A stretch of DNA of 64,000 nt from Amoeboaphelidium protococcarum X5 (taxonomy: Eukaryota; Fungi; Aphelidiomycota). Of the stretch, positions 51,648-64,000 are shown one piece after another (the stretch's first letter is position 1; every line of letters starts with the position of its first letter). The position numbers and the translations under genes were made by a program. The stretch covers positions 219,680 through 283,679 of the forward strand of contig JALDTO010000246.1 in the NCBI GenBank assembly GCA_023515725.1. The letters are read 5' to 3'. The notes beneath the pieces are model-generated. The model saw nothing but the letters and a program-made list of their open reading frames with translations. It was not told the origin of the DNA and did not search any database.

Positions 51648-51885
51648 TCTCGCAGTATCAATGATAATATGCAGTATAACGTATACCTAATACAGACTTG
51701 CGAGAGATAGAGTTGGAAATATCTGTAAAACAAATTACGTTTCAACACGCGCTCAATGGCGACTGAAACAGTTTCCAAATCGATCAGATAGCCCGAACTT
51801 GGAATTTCTACTGCGACGAGCGATTTATCGATAGTCGCTTTCAATTTTCCCCCCGCCGAACTCAAAGTCCCATCCGAACAATTAC

Positions 51886-52257
51886 GTGGACGAAGAGGAA
51901 GGAATTGCGGAGGTAGACGCGGGCCCCTACCTGGTCGACTGTCTCCTAAAGTTGACTGATTTGAATGTGGTGTCCATGGAAGACATATCAATTCATCAAA
52001 GACATCACGTAGCTGTCGTTGAAGCCTTAATGAAGCTGGAGCATTTGTTTGCTTTAGACTTGAGACACAATGAGTTGGAAGATGACGTCGCAGAGAGATT
52101 GCTGTAAAGTTTAATGGAAAGCAGATGGCCCAAAATGATGAAACTGAAAGTAGGCAACAACGAATTTACTCATGGTAACAGAGATGTCGAGCGTCTGAAA
52201 ATGTTTGATGTTGTCGATATGTCATCTGATTCTTCTGAGATTGACGATCAAGATTGA
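51886..52257 (+). pseudogene. RNI-like leucine-rich-repeat C-terminal fragment
   Basis: LEHLFALDLRHNELED, MKLKVGNNEF; no convincing start. Confidence 0.45.
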
Positions 52258-52369
52258 TGGAGGATGCGATATGGTGCGTATAGTATGCAAGAGTTATAGC
52301 TCTATAAAGACTGTTCGGATTGAAACGGAATTGATTTAATTATTTTTTTATTAAGCCATCTTTCCTGTC

Positions 52370-52447
52370 AGTCCCTCAGATTGAGCCAATTCTCAAACGA
52401 GTCCCTCAGATTGAGCCAATTCTCAAACGAGTCTCTCAGATTGAGCC
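52370..52447. repeat. 30-bp tandem repeat x2.6
   Basis: Unit AGTCCCTCAGATTGAGCCAATTCTCAAACG, near-perfect copies. Confidence 0.95.
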
Positions 52448-52752
52448 TTCAAGATCCCCACCTCACCTCCCTATATGCGATCATTCGATTCGATGGACTT
52501 GAAAGTGTGAAAATTTTCAATTCTTAGATGTTAAATCTATACCTTTACTTAGGATGGCCTGCATTTGTTCCATATCGTATATCATCTCAATCCATAGAGT
52601 TTACGACGAAGATATTGGATAGCTTGCGAAAATGAAATGCTCCTATTAAAGATATTTCCAACGTTGTAGATCACCTCATTCCCCAAAGCAAGAAACATAA
52701 TTACTAACAATCAAACTAAAGATGTATAATATAAAAAATCTGAATATAAGTA

Positions 52753-53232
52753 TCACGCAATAAGAACCTAACGGGAAACACGCATCTACTCAAACGCTAA
52801 AAAGTCTGAAGTAGTGTTAGGGATCAGGCCCATCTGATTCAGTTTCCAAACACCGAGACAAAGCGCGGCAATTTAACACAGAACATACAATAGTCGACTG
52901 AGTAGTAGAGAACTGTCCTTGTCTTCAGCAACTTGGAACGGCTTGAAAACTTCAGCTATTCCAAATAAGGCCTTTAGCGGGTTATACAACATCATGGTGG
53001 TAATCATCACACTGAAAATCTAGACACCGCTGCCAGCCATCCAGAGCATGAAAAAGTTCATGGGTAAAGTTTTCAGAGGTGACGTGGCAAGATCTCTGGC
53101 ACGCTTGAGTTTCATGTCATTCACAGCTTTTTACTTTTCTTTCGACACAGACTCCAGCTAGGGACTATAAGCCAGCTTTAGTGGACTCTCAGTGTTATTC
53201 TAAGCGGAATACAATGGAGGAGTGGTAATCAT
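52753..53232 (-). CDS. EMC4: ER membrane protein complex subunit 4 (159 aa)
   Basis: PLKTLPMNFFMLWMAGSGVQIFSVM...KLNQMGLIPNTTSDF. Confidence 0.88.
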
Positions 53233-53463
53233 TCTCCGTTGTCAATTCTTAGTCGAAGGGCGTTGATCAGAGTTGGATTAGAGTTGATAGAATGATTGCA
53301 GCGAGAATAACGCCGGGAAAGATAAATACGCGCTTGCTGTCATTAACTCATCACCGCGAACGTCTCGTTGTCGTTCATTAAGCCAATCGCTCTTCATTCA
53401 GTGCTGCGTTCTGTATTATCTGCGACAATTAATCAGTTTATTACAGCCAACAGTTACACAAAT

Positions 53464-55551
53464 ATGTTTACAAGCGTTTTGATGCATGTCGCCTTCCTGC
53501 TGGGACTAGAATTCATTATTATAGCTGTAGTCCTTCTGTGGGCGAATAGAAAGTATATTCTGCCTAATGAACAGCCAGTGCCTTTGGGAATCAAGTTCTG
53601 CCGGTACGACGTGGCAAAGATGGAAGCCAAGACTGGTCATTAGATTTAGTAAATCGTAGTTTAAGATTAATAATTATATGACACTTTCAGAATTAGAAGT
53701 AGACTAAATTTAAAGTTATCCTCAAGTCTGCCTGAGCTCAAGTAATTCACTCAGCCAATTTCTCTGACTGATTTTGAGGCAGATCTGACGACTGGTGACG
53801 CTGATGATGTGCAGACGCGCGATCGAATGGTCAATGTTATAGTAGCTCAAGTTTATGACACCATGTCAAAGTCTGAATATTTTGATAATCTCACCCGCGA
53901 TAAGCTTTTGAAGATCCTAATTAACATCTCTAGATCGATCCCTGGAAGAATTATCGATATGTAAGAGGTCCAGTTGTTGAAGTTGAAATTTCCTCCATAG
54001 ACTCCTTAATTTTAAGACGTGTGGGCATTGAATGAACAGGATCCTGACTATTTTGGAATTTTCGCATGTGGCTCTTATGCTTGGTCAAAATAATCTGATA
54101 ATGTTGAAGGAGTATGCGACGTGGTAAAATCATAAAGTATTGATATCGGATTGGAATTCAAGATTCTGGGCAAGTTTCAGGTAAAGGTTGATGTCCAGAT
54201 TTGGAATATAAAGTTTGATATGTATGTGCGGTACGTGAAGCCTCCGTTCAAGTTCTTCTCTGTTAGTCTGATGGAAATGCCTTCGTATGACATGGACCTG
54301 AAAATCAGTTTGACTGACAGTACAGATGGTCTCAAGTACAAACTACATTAGATTGTTGAGAATATGGTCAAGAATTACATTGTGCCTGTGATTATTAAGC
54401 GTAATTTTGTGAGACCCAATGCAAGAATATTTAGACTGGGTGCAGATGAATCCGCTGTCATTGACTTTACTCAGGTAAATGAGGAACTGACTCAAGCTGC
54501 CAGACAGAGAAGAAATGAAGCTCTGAAGGCTTATTATCAGAAAATGTCTCAGGGTGATGGTAGTAAAAGAAATTCTTTGACCAGTTCCGGCCTATCTAGT
54601 CCAGTCTCTAATGGCAGTTAAACTCCGGAAGTTGGACGGGGGCTGATGGACAGTGGTAGATCTATATCGGGACAGGGTATGAAGTCAAAGCTATTTGAGA
54701 AGCTGTCCACAGTGTCCACATAGTTAAAAGATCAATATTAGAAATCTTAATCTGTACATACTGCTCAAGCACGTGCTACAACTCTATTGTAATCATTTAA
54801 TAACTAGCTACGTCGGCGTAAAGGTACCGAGTCGTCTCAAGAGGCCGCTGATAACGGAAACGCAATGCTGTAACCTGTCGTAAGCTAGACTCATCTTGAT
54901 AATACCACGGCCTCTTCTCCATAATTGTAATTGAAATAATCTGCTAATGCTGATATTTAAGCAAAGACGGTTGATGGCGTAGTAGAGACTGTGGTACCAA
55001 AATCTAACATTTAGAGAGAGTCTGAGTAGTCCATTATGGCGTCTAAGGCTGAAAATGAGGGTAAATCAGCAGATCTGAGAGAACTTGGTGATAATTCTGC
55101 TTAACAAGAAGCTCATCACAGTTCTAAAGAGCAACCGCTGTTGGTGGATCTGAGCGCTTCGTCAAACCCCAATTACGCCTTGATAAACACTGATAACTCG
55201 TCTGTCTCTCAACATCAAGAAGAAGATGGAGAAGAAGTATTCCATCCTGATGGTAATCTAAGTTTAGAGGATCTAATGAACAGTATTGAAGAAGAGATCA
55301 AGATGGAGAATGCAAGGTTGTCTCCTCCACTGCTCCCTCCCCGTGAAAACAGTGTTTAAACTCATAGCATGTCACTTTCTATTGTGCATAATGACGACAA
55401 TCACGACATTGCAATGGATGAAGATGATACTTTGGATGATATGATCATGAAGGAGATGATGTCTTTGAATCAAGAGACCGTTGCCGCAACTGACCTGTAA
55501 ATTGAAGACACCGCTGTTCCCAGCTCCTCGTAGCCATAAGAATCTGAATGA
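53464..55551 (+). CDS. TM-anchored SMP/TULIP lipid-transfer-like protein (MMM1/PDZD8-like, 695 aa)
   Basis: N-terminal TM; VNVIVAQVY, FSVSLMEMPSYDMDL, IKRNFVRPNAR; disordered tail. Confidence 0.65.
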
Positions 55552-55826
55552 ATATCGATATTTGAGGTCTGAATACAATTTTAAAGCGAAATGTGATTAA
55601 TATATAGGCCATAATTCTATATTGTTTCTTTTACGAGCTTCCAAAAATATATCCATTTTTAAAGCATGCACGCACCGGATTGATGCTATGCAGTCTAGTT
55701 TACTTTCCATTAATACGCAACGTGACAAATCATCGAGCAGCATAATGCATTGTACTGAGAGAGGTACATTCGTGGCTGAAAATCAACAACAAGACATTAA
55801 AATTCCATTTATATTTATTTCAATTA

Positions 55827-56651
55827 TCACTGCTGCATAAGTTCATTGTAACTTCTCTATACTTACGCTTTCACATGGGCAAACCCTGTACTGTAAGCTT
55901 TCTTCTTGTAAAGCTCAAAGGACTAGTCCAGGTCGTAGTGAGGCTAATACTCTTAGTTCTCAAGCAATCCCTTTGCTCTCAACTTGCTTCTCTGAAACAT
56001 AATGTTGCCAATAACCATGTTCAGCTGTCTTGCACTACGGATTACACCATTAAAATTTTAAGTCCACCAATAAGTCTAACCTATCAATTTCTAACACACA
56101 CTCCAATCCACGTTTTCTGGATCAAAAGATACTGCACACGCAGAAATGGCTTCAGATTTTTTCAGGTAATCATTGTATTGCTTAAGGAGACTCTGCGCCT
56201 TAACAATGTTGCGGTACAATCTGTACATGCGATACTGAGAAAATACATGCCAGAATCTTACGTTCAACTCAGATGCTTTAGGGACACCAAATACACGCTA
56301 TTCAAGAAAATCTTGGTATAACTTCAACAAATCCTTGCCATTTTCAACGCCAACAGCTAGGAGTGAAGCTTACGCGCGAACATTTGATGAAGCTTCGAAA
56401 TAGACAGACAACAACTAATCATACTTATCAGCCACATTGGACAGCAAAGAAGTTGTGGCTTCTCTCTCACTAAGAGCAAAAGTTGAGCTATCAACCGAGT
56501 CGATCAAAGGCGCAACTTCTTGGACACCAGAGTAGACACCAGGAGACGCGTATTCAATCCCATTACCATTATCAAAAGATCCGGGAAATGCAAAGCAAAG
56601 AGTGGCAGCACTCAAAGCAAACGCAGATATCAACGGGAAATTGACGCGCAT
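55827..56651 (-). CDS. Hypothetical secreted protein (274 aa)
   Basis: Signal-peptide-like start MRVNFPLISAFALSAATLCFA; open code-6 frame to TGA. Confidence 0.7.
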
Positions 56652-57137
56652 CGTCGTTATTATTCTAAAGGTAGATTGGTAGATAAATTGTCACTAGGTA
56701 AACAGAACAAACACTGGCGAAGCGCGTCGACAAAATTGATAAATTGTGGAGCTGACAGTAAGGGGCCACAAACTCATGTATTAGCTTACAACCTTAGTAG
56801 CCCCTGTCACTGCTGTATGAAGATGAAGAATATGTAAAACAAGTTGGAGGCCGAATTATTAATCTTCTTCTTGTCTAATCCCATCACACCATAATTCTTT
56901 TGGTATGGTGTTTGGTTGCCTGTAAAGCAATTTTGTTTTGTTTCATACATCTAGATTAGTACTTAACACCATGGAATTCTGATCAAATATCAGAAGTGTT
57001 TGAAGTAATCTAGCCTGTAATTTAACTCCATCATTAACGAAACGATAATAAAACATGCATATGTGCAGTTTCATTTTATACGGTGGTATGTCCATGAGTA
57101 GTTTCACCTCTTAAGAATGTTACTTTGGTCAATATGG

Positions 57138-57312
57138 ATAATGATTAAAGTCACTGCATTGCCATGAATGACAATGTTGATACTCTGGATGACATGATCA
57201 TGAAAGAGACGATGGATCCGAATTCAGTGACTGTCTCTGCAACTGGTTTGTGAATTAATGAATGAATTTATGGCAACACCGCTCGCATATCATTATCAGC
57301 ACTATAAGGATC
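57138..57312 (+). pseudogene. Degenerate duplicate of the 3' end of the SMP-protein gene (55388-55545)
   Basis: GATACTCTGGATGACATGATCATGAAAGAG vs GATACTTTGGATGATATGATCATGAAGGAG, with colinear flanks. Confidence 0.7.
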
Positions 57313-57687
57313 TACAGTTTGTGTGCAAAGGAAACACGAAAGGTTGAAAGAAATATAGATAAAACAATTAATCATCTTATACTTAAACACTCTGATTAAT
57401 ATTAATTGAACTGTATCATGGTGGAATTTATGTTCATGGACTGATATGACGACACTAGTTATACCGCGTTAAGTGTGGCGTAATATAATTGATTTCAGTT
57501 GAGCCACACAAAGGCGAGCGACGACGCGTTTTGGTGGTCATTCATTCAATTCATCCTTCTAACGGTTGTCTCGTACCGGCATTGTTTTCGTACAGTTCTC
57601 ACATTGGCGAAGTTGATCATATTGTGCTATATAACTTGTTGTAATAAATTTGTACCATATAATACCCATCATAGTAATACTAATAGA

Positions 57688-60168
57688 ATGTGGAATAGAT
57701 TTCCATTCTCAATACTATAGCTACTGCTGGCATTAAGTCTTGTAATATTTAATAAAGTTTATGGAACTACCGGCGTGAATTCGGAACCTTTTACTAATAA
57801 TTAGGGAAACAGATTGCTCTTGGATGAAGATGAAGTCGCCGCGGTTGACCATGTATTGTCTCAGTATTATAAATTTTAACCTCTGAATAGTGTAAGACAC
57901 ATTATTGAGGAGCATGTTAATTAAAAAGATTCGCTTGTGGCAGTTCTGCCTGATAAATGCTCATTCCTGGTTGGCCTTAGTGTTACGCCACCATCTCGAC
58001 GCGATCAGCAGACTGGCGGTGGTGGCGTCGACGCGTTGGAACTCAAGATGAACTTTGAACTTTAGTGTGCGGGTCCATCATCAGCTTATTATAGTTAATA
58101 GTATTATCAATCCGAAGATGGAACGCGATTAGACTAATAGTAAAGTTCCGCTCATCAGTCTCCATCTCCCAGTGATGATGGTTCCTTTGAAGAAACGTCA
58201 ATGACTTTTGATTTGATTGTTAGGCTGTCGACGTCTGCCTCATCACCCATCTCAAGTGCAGTGAACTAGCGCTTGTATGAAGCCTCTAGAATCTAGATGA
58301 ATGCACTAAAGCGACCGCTTGGTCATTACCCATTCTCCAGATCCTTATTTAGATCATCTGAAGAAGTATCGCATCTCAAGTAGTAACTGCAGGTTTAGTA
58401 GCTTAATCATCGACATTTGGAGTAGTAATAGCTGTAGTAGTAATTCGGTAACAATAATATGTAGCAGTAATAAGTGAATGATAGAACGCAAGGCTTTCAA
58501 ATGAGGCGATCTTCCTCAATATATGCTGAAAACTCTTAGCGTGCTGAATCTTATTCTTAAGCATATCAGTAATAGCAACCTGGTGCTGCTGGTATGACTT
58601 CAGTTGCGGCTGACATTGGTGCAAGACCACTGGCTGCCAGACGCAGATGGACGCCGCGATTTGCAAAACCAATGATGGAATAATAGGTCAAAAGTGCTGA
58701 TGCTAAGGTGTAACAAGATGCTAAATAGTCACAACCCGTAAGCGATTAAAAGTAACCAAAGATGGTGGTTGATAACAACGTTCATATGGATATCGTGTTC
58801 AAGACTTTAGCACTATCCACTGGAAAGATCAATATACAGTATGGAGATTTTGCCATAATCATGACTAGAAATCTTATTTAGCTTAGCGATTAGTGCAAGT
58901 TTGCATTCTCTGTCCGCGGTCACGTCTTGCAGGTGAACATGTTCTATATAGGAAAGTCTTCTCGCGGAGATGATGTTAATGGCTCATCTTCGAATAGTCT
59001 CGTATCATTGTTGTCCAGTTCTGCAAAGTCAATGTCCTCATTAAAGTCTCAAAGTTAGTCGTAGAATAGTCAGTGGTGGCCTAAGCGATCTCAGCTGTCT
59101 GCTGGGACTTTATTCGGAAGTGGTGGTGGTGATGGTACCGCGCCATTTGGTATGAGAAGAAATGGTGGTAGTAGTGCTGAACCGGTTAGAGGATAAATTG
59201 TTGAAGACAGGACACCTCGCGGTCAGTCGCCACAAGTCTAAAGTTATATGCTACGTGATGAGTCCAGATTGATGGATGTTAGTTTTGCTGCTGCTGGATT
59301 CTCATTCCCTGATTAGAGGTATGAACGTCATTACAAGAAGGCATTTGTGGATTTCATTAGGAAAGCTGCCAATCCGTCAATGCAGTATTATGGCCTTTCA
59401 CTCGTTCAGGTGGCGGAAGAGGTACGCTTGAAGATTAAGAATTTCTAGGATTTGGCCAATTACAACTTTGATATATTTCATGATCATCCGGCGTCACTCT
59501 TCTCTGTCGATGAGGTGGATCAGTCGTAGGAGTAGGATGCAGGGAATCTTAATGGTGATGATGATGATGATGGATTTAGAGATGAAGATCGAATTTACTT
59601 GGGATTGTACTTTATGCTTGGCTCTGATCTGTATAATCATTTGTAAAAGTTGTAAATGCTGGATAACCGTGCGGGCGAAGATGGATATGGTGCTCAACAG
59701 CGGGCTGATCTTCACGACTCTGGAAGTCTTGATGGATCGCTTAATCTAAAGTTGTTACCTTTTATCGCCAGCAATGTCAAGTGGGAGATTCCTACTATGA
59801 AGGCCAAGTTCCAGCCTTTAGCCAAAGACTCTTATGGAATGAGAACGTTTTAGAATGCTCTTGCCTTGTACTATCAGTCTAAAAGTGTTGTAAAGAGCAA
59901 GTTGGAGAATGCTCGGAAATCTGAACTGAATGGATCTAGGCGCCGTCATACAGGAAATTTTCATAGTCATCAAAGAGCTGGTTCTTTCGATGGCTCTCGC
60001 AGAGACGGCACTGATGTTCAGAATGGTTAACGCCGAGGATTCTTCCGCAATATAGCTTGCGGCATAAAGTCTGCATCAATACGATTTCTAAATTCCAAGC
60101 TGGGAACGGTGCTGGTCACTTTGGGCATAATGTCTGCCGCGTAAAGTATGTGCAATCGAAGTGGTTGA
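57688..60168 (+). CDS. Hypothetical secreted Q/S/G-rich protein (826 aa)
   Basis: Signal-peptide-like MWNRFPFSILQLLLALSLVIFNKVYG; no in-frame TGA for 2.5 kb; Gln runs encoded by TAG/TAA. Confidence 0.75.
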
Positions 60169-60439
60169 TTCTTGTTGTATATCTCGCTGTCTATTATGTC
60201 TATTTAAAACTTCATCCATGGCTCTATTGTGATTCTTTATTTTGTAAATATATACATTGTTTGTCTTATCCATTTATCCCATTTCTATTTCTGCGCTTGG
60301 ATTGAATGAGATAGTAGTTCTTGCACCGTTAGATGGGAAAATCGGAAGATTCACGACAAAATTACAAAGATTAGTCAAAAGATGATGTAATTAAGTTCAA
60401 TAAATATTTACTATCGTAATGGGGGATTCAACAAAGTAA

Positions 60440-62215
60440 TCAGGAGGCTGCCGCAGCACCAACAATCAAGTTGACATTTAGTCCAATCACCAGGATAGTA
60501 CAGAGCCATGCCAGTATGGTCAGTGGCCAGCCGTTGGTAAACTTTTCACTTCCATTCAAATCATCCCCATTAAGATTAGATCCAGAAAGCAAAGCTTATC
60601 CTTCCCCTGTTGTATTCGAATACTTTCCAACAACCGATCCAGATGATGATGATGACAATCTGTCAGAGCCACCCATTATCTGACGAGACGATGTGAATAT
60701 CACTAATGGCAACACTGCGAACGGTAACTGAATGCTCAGTATCACCTGAGATAGAACCAACAACTTTTCCGCACCATCATTTCCACCAATAAGGGCAATG
60801 ACCAGAGCGGGAATTATAGCCAACAGCCGCGTACCCAACCTTCTAAATACCAAGCGCAATCTCAGATTCAGAAATCCATTCATCACAATCTGACCGGCCA
60901 GAGTTCCCGTTATAGTGGACGACTATCCGCTAGCGAGTAGAGCAATTCCAAATGCCACGGCAGCAATCTTGCCGACATACTCCTCCAGCAGATGATAGGC
61001 ATCCTGGATCTCGGCAACGTCATACATGCCGCGCTTATTGAATGCACTAGAGCCCACAATCAAGATGGTGGCATTTATGACAAACGCGAACGTAAGTGCA
61101 ATAACAGTATCAATTGCAGCATAACGGAGTGAGTACTGCTTAGACTTTAGGCTATTCTACCACCAAGACATCTTATTAACAGTGCAACCATATTCTTGAT
61201 CAGCGTGACGCGTATTGCCAGAATCTGAATACTGTTCATCCATAACTTCAATCTCATACTTTTTATCTAACACCTAACCACCGGAGAGCATCTTAGATGG
61301 CACCACCTCATCAACCTTCTAATTCTTGTTATCAACGACATGAATTCTACCATTACCATCCTCAGACTATTCATTATCGGACATATCAATTCTCCTGGTC
61401 CTGCAGATGGAAGTATGCAGATACAGATTATGAGGCATCACAGTGGCACCCAGAATAGCAACTGCAATATACAACATTCCATTATCTTTAAACAGAAGAT
61501 CGACACGCGGGATGAAGCCCTCCATAATCTCCACGAAACTAGGTTTAGTGTAGGTGAGCAGGATGACAAAGCACACACCGACAATCAGCAGAATGACCAG
61601 AATGATGATTTCATACACCTTCTAGTACTTTTATCCCCACCACTTCAGAATGATAATCACATCCAAACCAGTGATAAGAATACCCCACACAATGGGGATT
61701 CCTAGTAGAAGATACAGCGCCAGAGCACTACCAATAACCTCAGCCAGATCTGTGGCGATAATGGCCAATTCCGTTAATATGTACAGGAAGCGATTCAACA
61801 CACGACCCATCAGCCAGTCATCTTTATGGAATACACGCCTGCATTACTCTGCCAAGTCCCGCCCAGTGACAATGCCCAACTTGCAGCAGAGCACCTGGAA
61901 CAAGAGACCAATCAGCGATGACATCAGCACAACAAACAGCAATCTATATCCATAACTTGCACCTGCAGATATATCGCTCGCCCAATTACCAGGATCTATA
62001 AATCCAACGGCGATCATATACGCAGGCCCGATAAATTTAAAGAAAGATCGCCATGATCGACCTCTGATATTATTGCGACTGCTACCACCTTCTCCACTTT
62101 CATCAATGTCAAACGTATCAGGATCTTGCAGTCTTTCATATTCCAGATGCTCCTCTTCGCTCATGAAGAAAATCTTGTTCAATCTATTTTTCCATCCCAA
62201 TTATTACTACTCCAT
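60440..62215 (-). CDS. NRAMP/SMF divalent metal transporter (591 aa)
   Basis: [45 protein letters not shown]. Confidence 0.93.
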
Positions 62216-62584
62216 CTTTAGAATTTTAATTTTCTAATTTTTATTAATTGTATAGAGATATGATAAAGAGGGAAAGAGTGAGGCAATGTGTGGCTTTATA
62301 TAGCGTGATAAGATGATGACACGATGAGAATCAGAATTTGAAATTTTGACGTGACGCGAGATCACTTAAACTAAGCTTTGCATTTTACACCCGTAAATTG
62401 AGTATATAATGACGTGATATCACTTTTAATCTCCGATTTATGGTGTATTTATCTTTTATATTTCGAAAATGGGATTAAAACGCTCTGATAAATAAAGTGG
62501 CGACACTTCAAAAGAATTTGGAACAATGAACAGCGGATAGTAAACTACTAATGCGCAGTAATCAGATAATAATCTATTTATCTA

Positions 62585-64000
62585 TCAGCTGTCATCGCCA
62601 TTTTCTTCTTATTAAAATCTTAGTTCAAATATAGCGACAAAGAAGCCATTGGTGAGATGTTTATGAGGATCAACGCGAATTACTTGGTCCATCCCATCAA
62701 CACCGCGATAAGTCCATTTGGGAAGCGCGTGATACAATTGCCATTAGTCTTTGCATTTCTGTAGACAATGTTCCACTACCATCTCGTTCTCTTCAACATT
62801 GACAGAGCATGTGCTATATGACACACGTTCTACAGCTGGAAATGAAAGAGCATGCAGGAGCATCTTTTTCTAGAACGAACTTAGATTCTCCAGTCGGTCT
62901 GCTGATTAGTCATTAGTATCATCAACCTAGGTGTCGTCAATAGATAAAGCGATTCGATTCCCAGACTTTTATTGAGTTCGATGAGAGTCAACCAGATAAT
63001 CTAGTCTGTTCACAATACCAGACCCGGAGCATGATGGATCAAGAATAATGAATCTGACTTGATTGTATGGTTCAGAGTGGGGATCAATATCGAGGAAACT
63101 CTGACACTATGCACTAACATTAAGACATCCATACTTGCGCATCTACATCTCCAAAGTGTTCAGTCTAACGCGATCGATATCAAAAGCGTACACACAACCA
63201 GCATTCAGATGATCTTCATACACGGCGGCACTGAGTTGACTAGTCTTATTGCCTGGGGCAGCACACGCATCAATACACACTGCGCCTTTATACTCAGTAT
63301 CATATCCATCAAACAGAGCAGCGACTGGCATACAGCTGGCCTTATCTTACAGAATCAGTGCTCCTTTTAAATACAACTTGTTCAGATGAAGATCATGTCC
63401 AGGTGGGAATACAAGCAGATTAGGTATATGCTCGTCAATAGCGAATATTTTAACAGACTTTTTATTTCTCTAAGATTATTAAGTGTTAGTTGATTTCATT
63501 TCTTCAGACATGGATAAAAGCGTATCTACCTGCTAGTAACCTTATTATTAGAGAGCTTTACAGACATCGCCGATACCCATGACAAAAGCATTCACTCTGG
63601 CATAGCGCGGTATTTTATCAGAAAGTGCAGCCATCTTTGCAATATTCTAATCTATGAGTTGACTATTATCTTTAACACTTTTCTGGATCTTAAGCTTAGA
63701 TAACTCTGAGCGGAGACGCGTCTTGTTCATCCATAGGTGGTTAAACAATTGTGCGGGTGGTCCCTTGTCTTTCATTACAATCACACTGTGCACCTTGCTC
63801 AGCTATCCTATGGCAATCTCGTACGCCATGACTACCAACAAAAATTAGAGATTATTAGTTTTACGCACTATAGCTTTGCTCAGACTCTGATACAATTGTG
63901 CGCTATTAATCAGCGTATCAACCACAGACTTGTACTCCAAGACGCGACATAGGAAAGCCATTAACTGCTTCTTATTTATACTCTAGTTCTTGCACTCGAA
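62585..64000 (-). CDS. NSUN5: NSUN5/RCM1 rRNA m5C methyltransferase, 5' end outside the window
   Basis: PRYARVN, LILQDKASC, DACAAPGNKT, LDPSCSGSG, YSTCSV. Confidence 0.9.

Noticed and set aside
52370-52447. CRISPR-like array
   Set aside because: Head-to-tail identical units with no unique spacers.
12000-62500. Recurrent ACGCGT/CGCG words in intergenic regions as MCB/E2F sites
   Set aside because: They are also frequent in coding DNA; enrichment cannot be shown without computation.
1-64000. Mass pseudogenisation suggested by the fragmented ORF track
   Set aside because: The interruptions are only TAA/TAG, stay in frame and fall at conserved Gln sites. Most short antisense ORFs in the track are shadows of real genes.
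1-64000. tRNA or rRNA genes
   Set aside because: No cloverleaf or rRNA signature recognised by eye; a tRNAscan-SE/Infernal run is needed to exclude them.

Overview
Gene-dense, intron-poor eukaryotic (fungus-related) DNA written in a non-standard code: TAA/TAG = Gln and TGA = stop (translation table 6). This is why the supplied ORF track is fragmented. Together with fungal-type genes (STE12-like, BTN1, FCP1), this suggests the aphelid Amoeboaphelidium protococcarum (inference). Re-reading with UAR=Gln gives about 27 host genes: CLC, BMT5-like+ZnF, RlmN-like, TDG, 6TM-TKL kinase, BAHD, LAP, Nup53, Ral, SWEET, eIF2B-alpha, FCP1, XRN-like, STE12-like, MAP4K, TUTase, uL5m, BTN1, glycerol kinase, DDT protein, EMC4, SMP protein, NRAMP, NSUN5 and three orphan secreted proteins. 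Main discovery: an intact 771-aa Fanzor1 (eukaryotic TnpB/Cas12-like RNA-guided nuclease, 44788-47103) hidden by about 24 in-frame UAR codons. It has a complete RuvC triad, a structured candidate omegaRNA overlapping its 3' end and candidate terminal inverted repeats. Also present: a second, RuvC-less Fanzor fragment (2257-3435); an intact TSD-flanked DDE/DxxH transposon (34211-38247); a Crinkler-like pseudogene; an unexplained repeat-rich 4-kb island; and a Ral gene whose CaaX box is followed by TAA, hinting at context-dependent termination. All calls come from manual translation and motif recognition; no searches were run.
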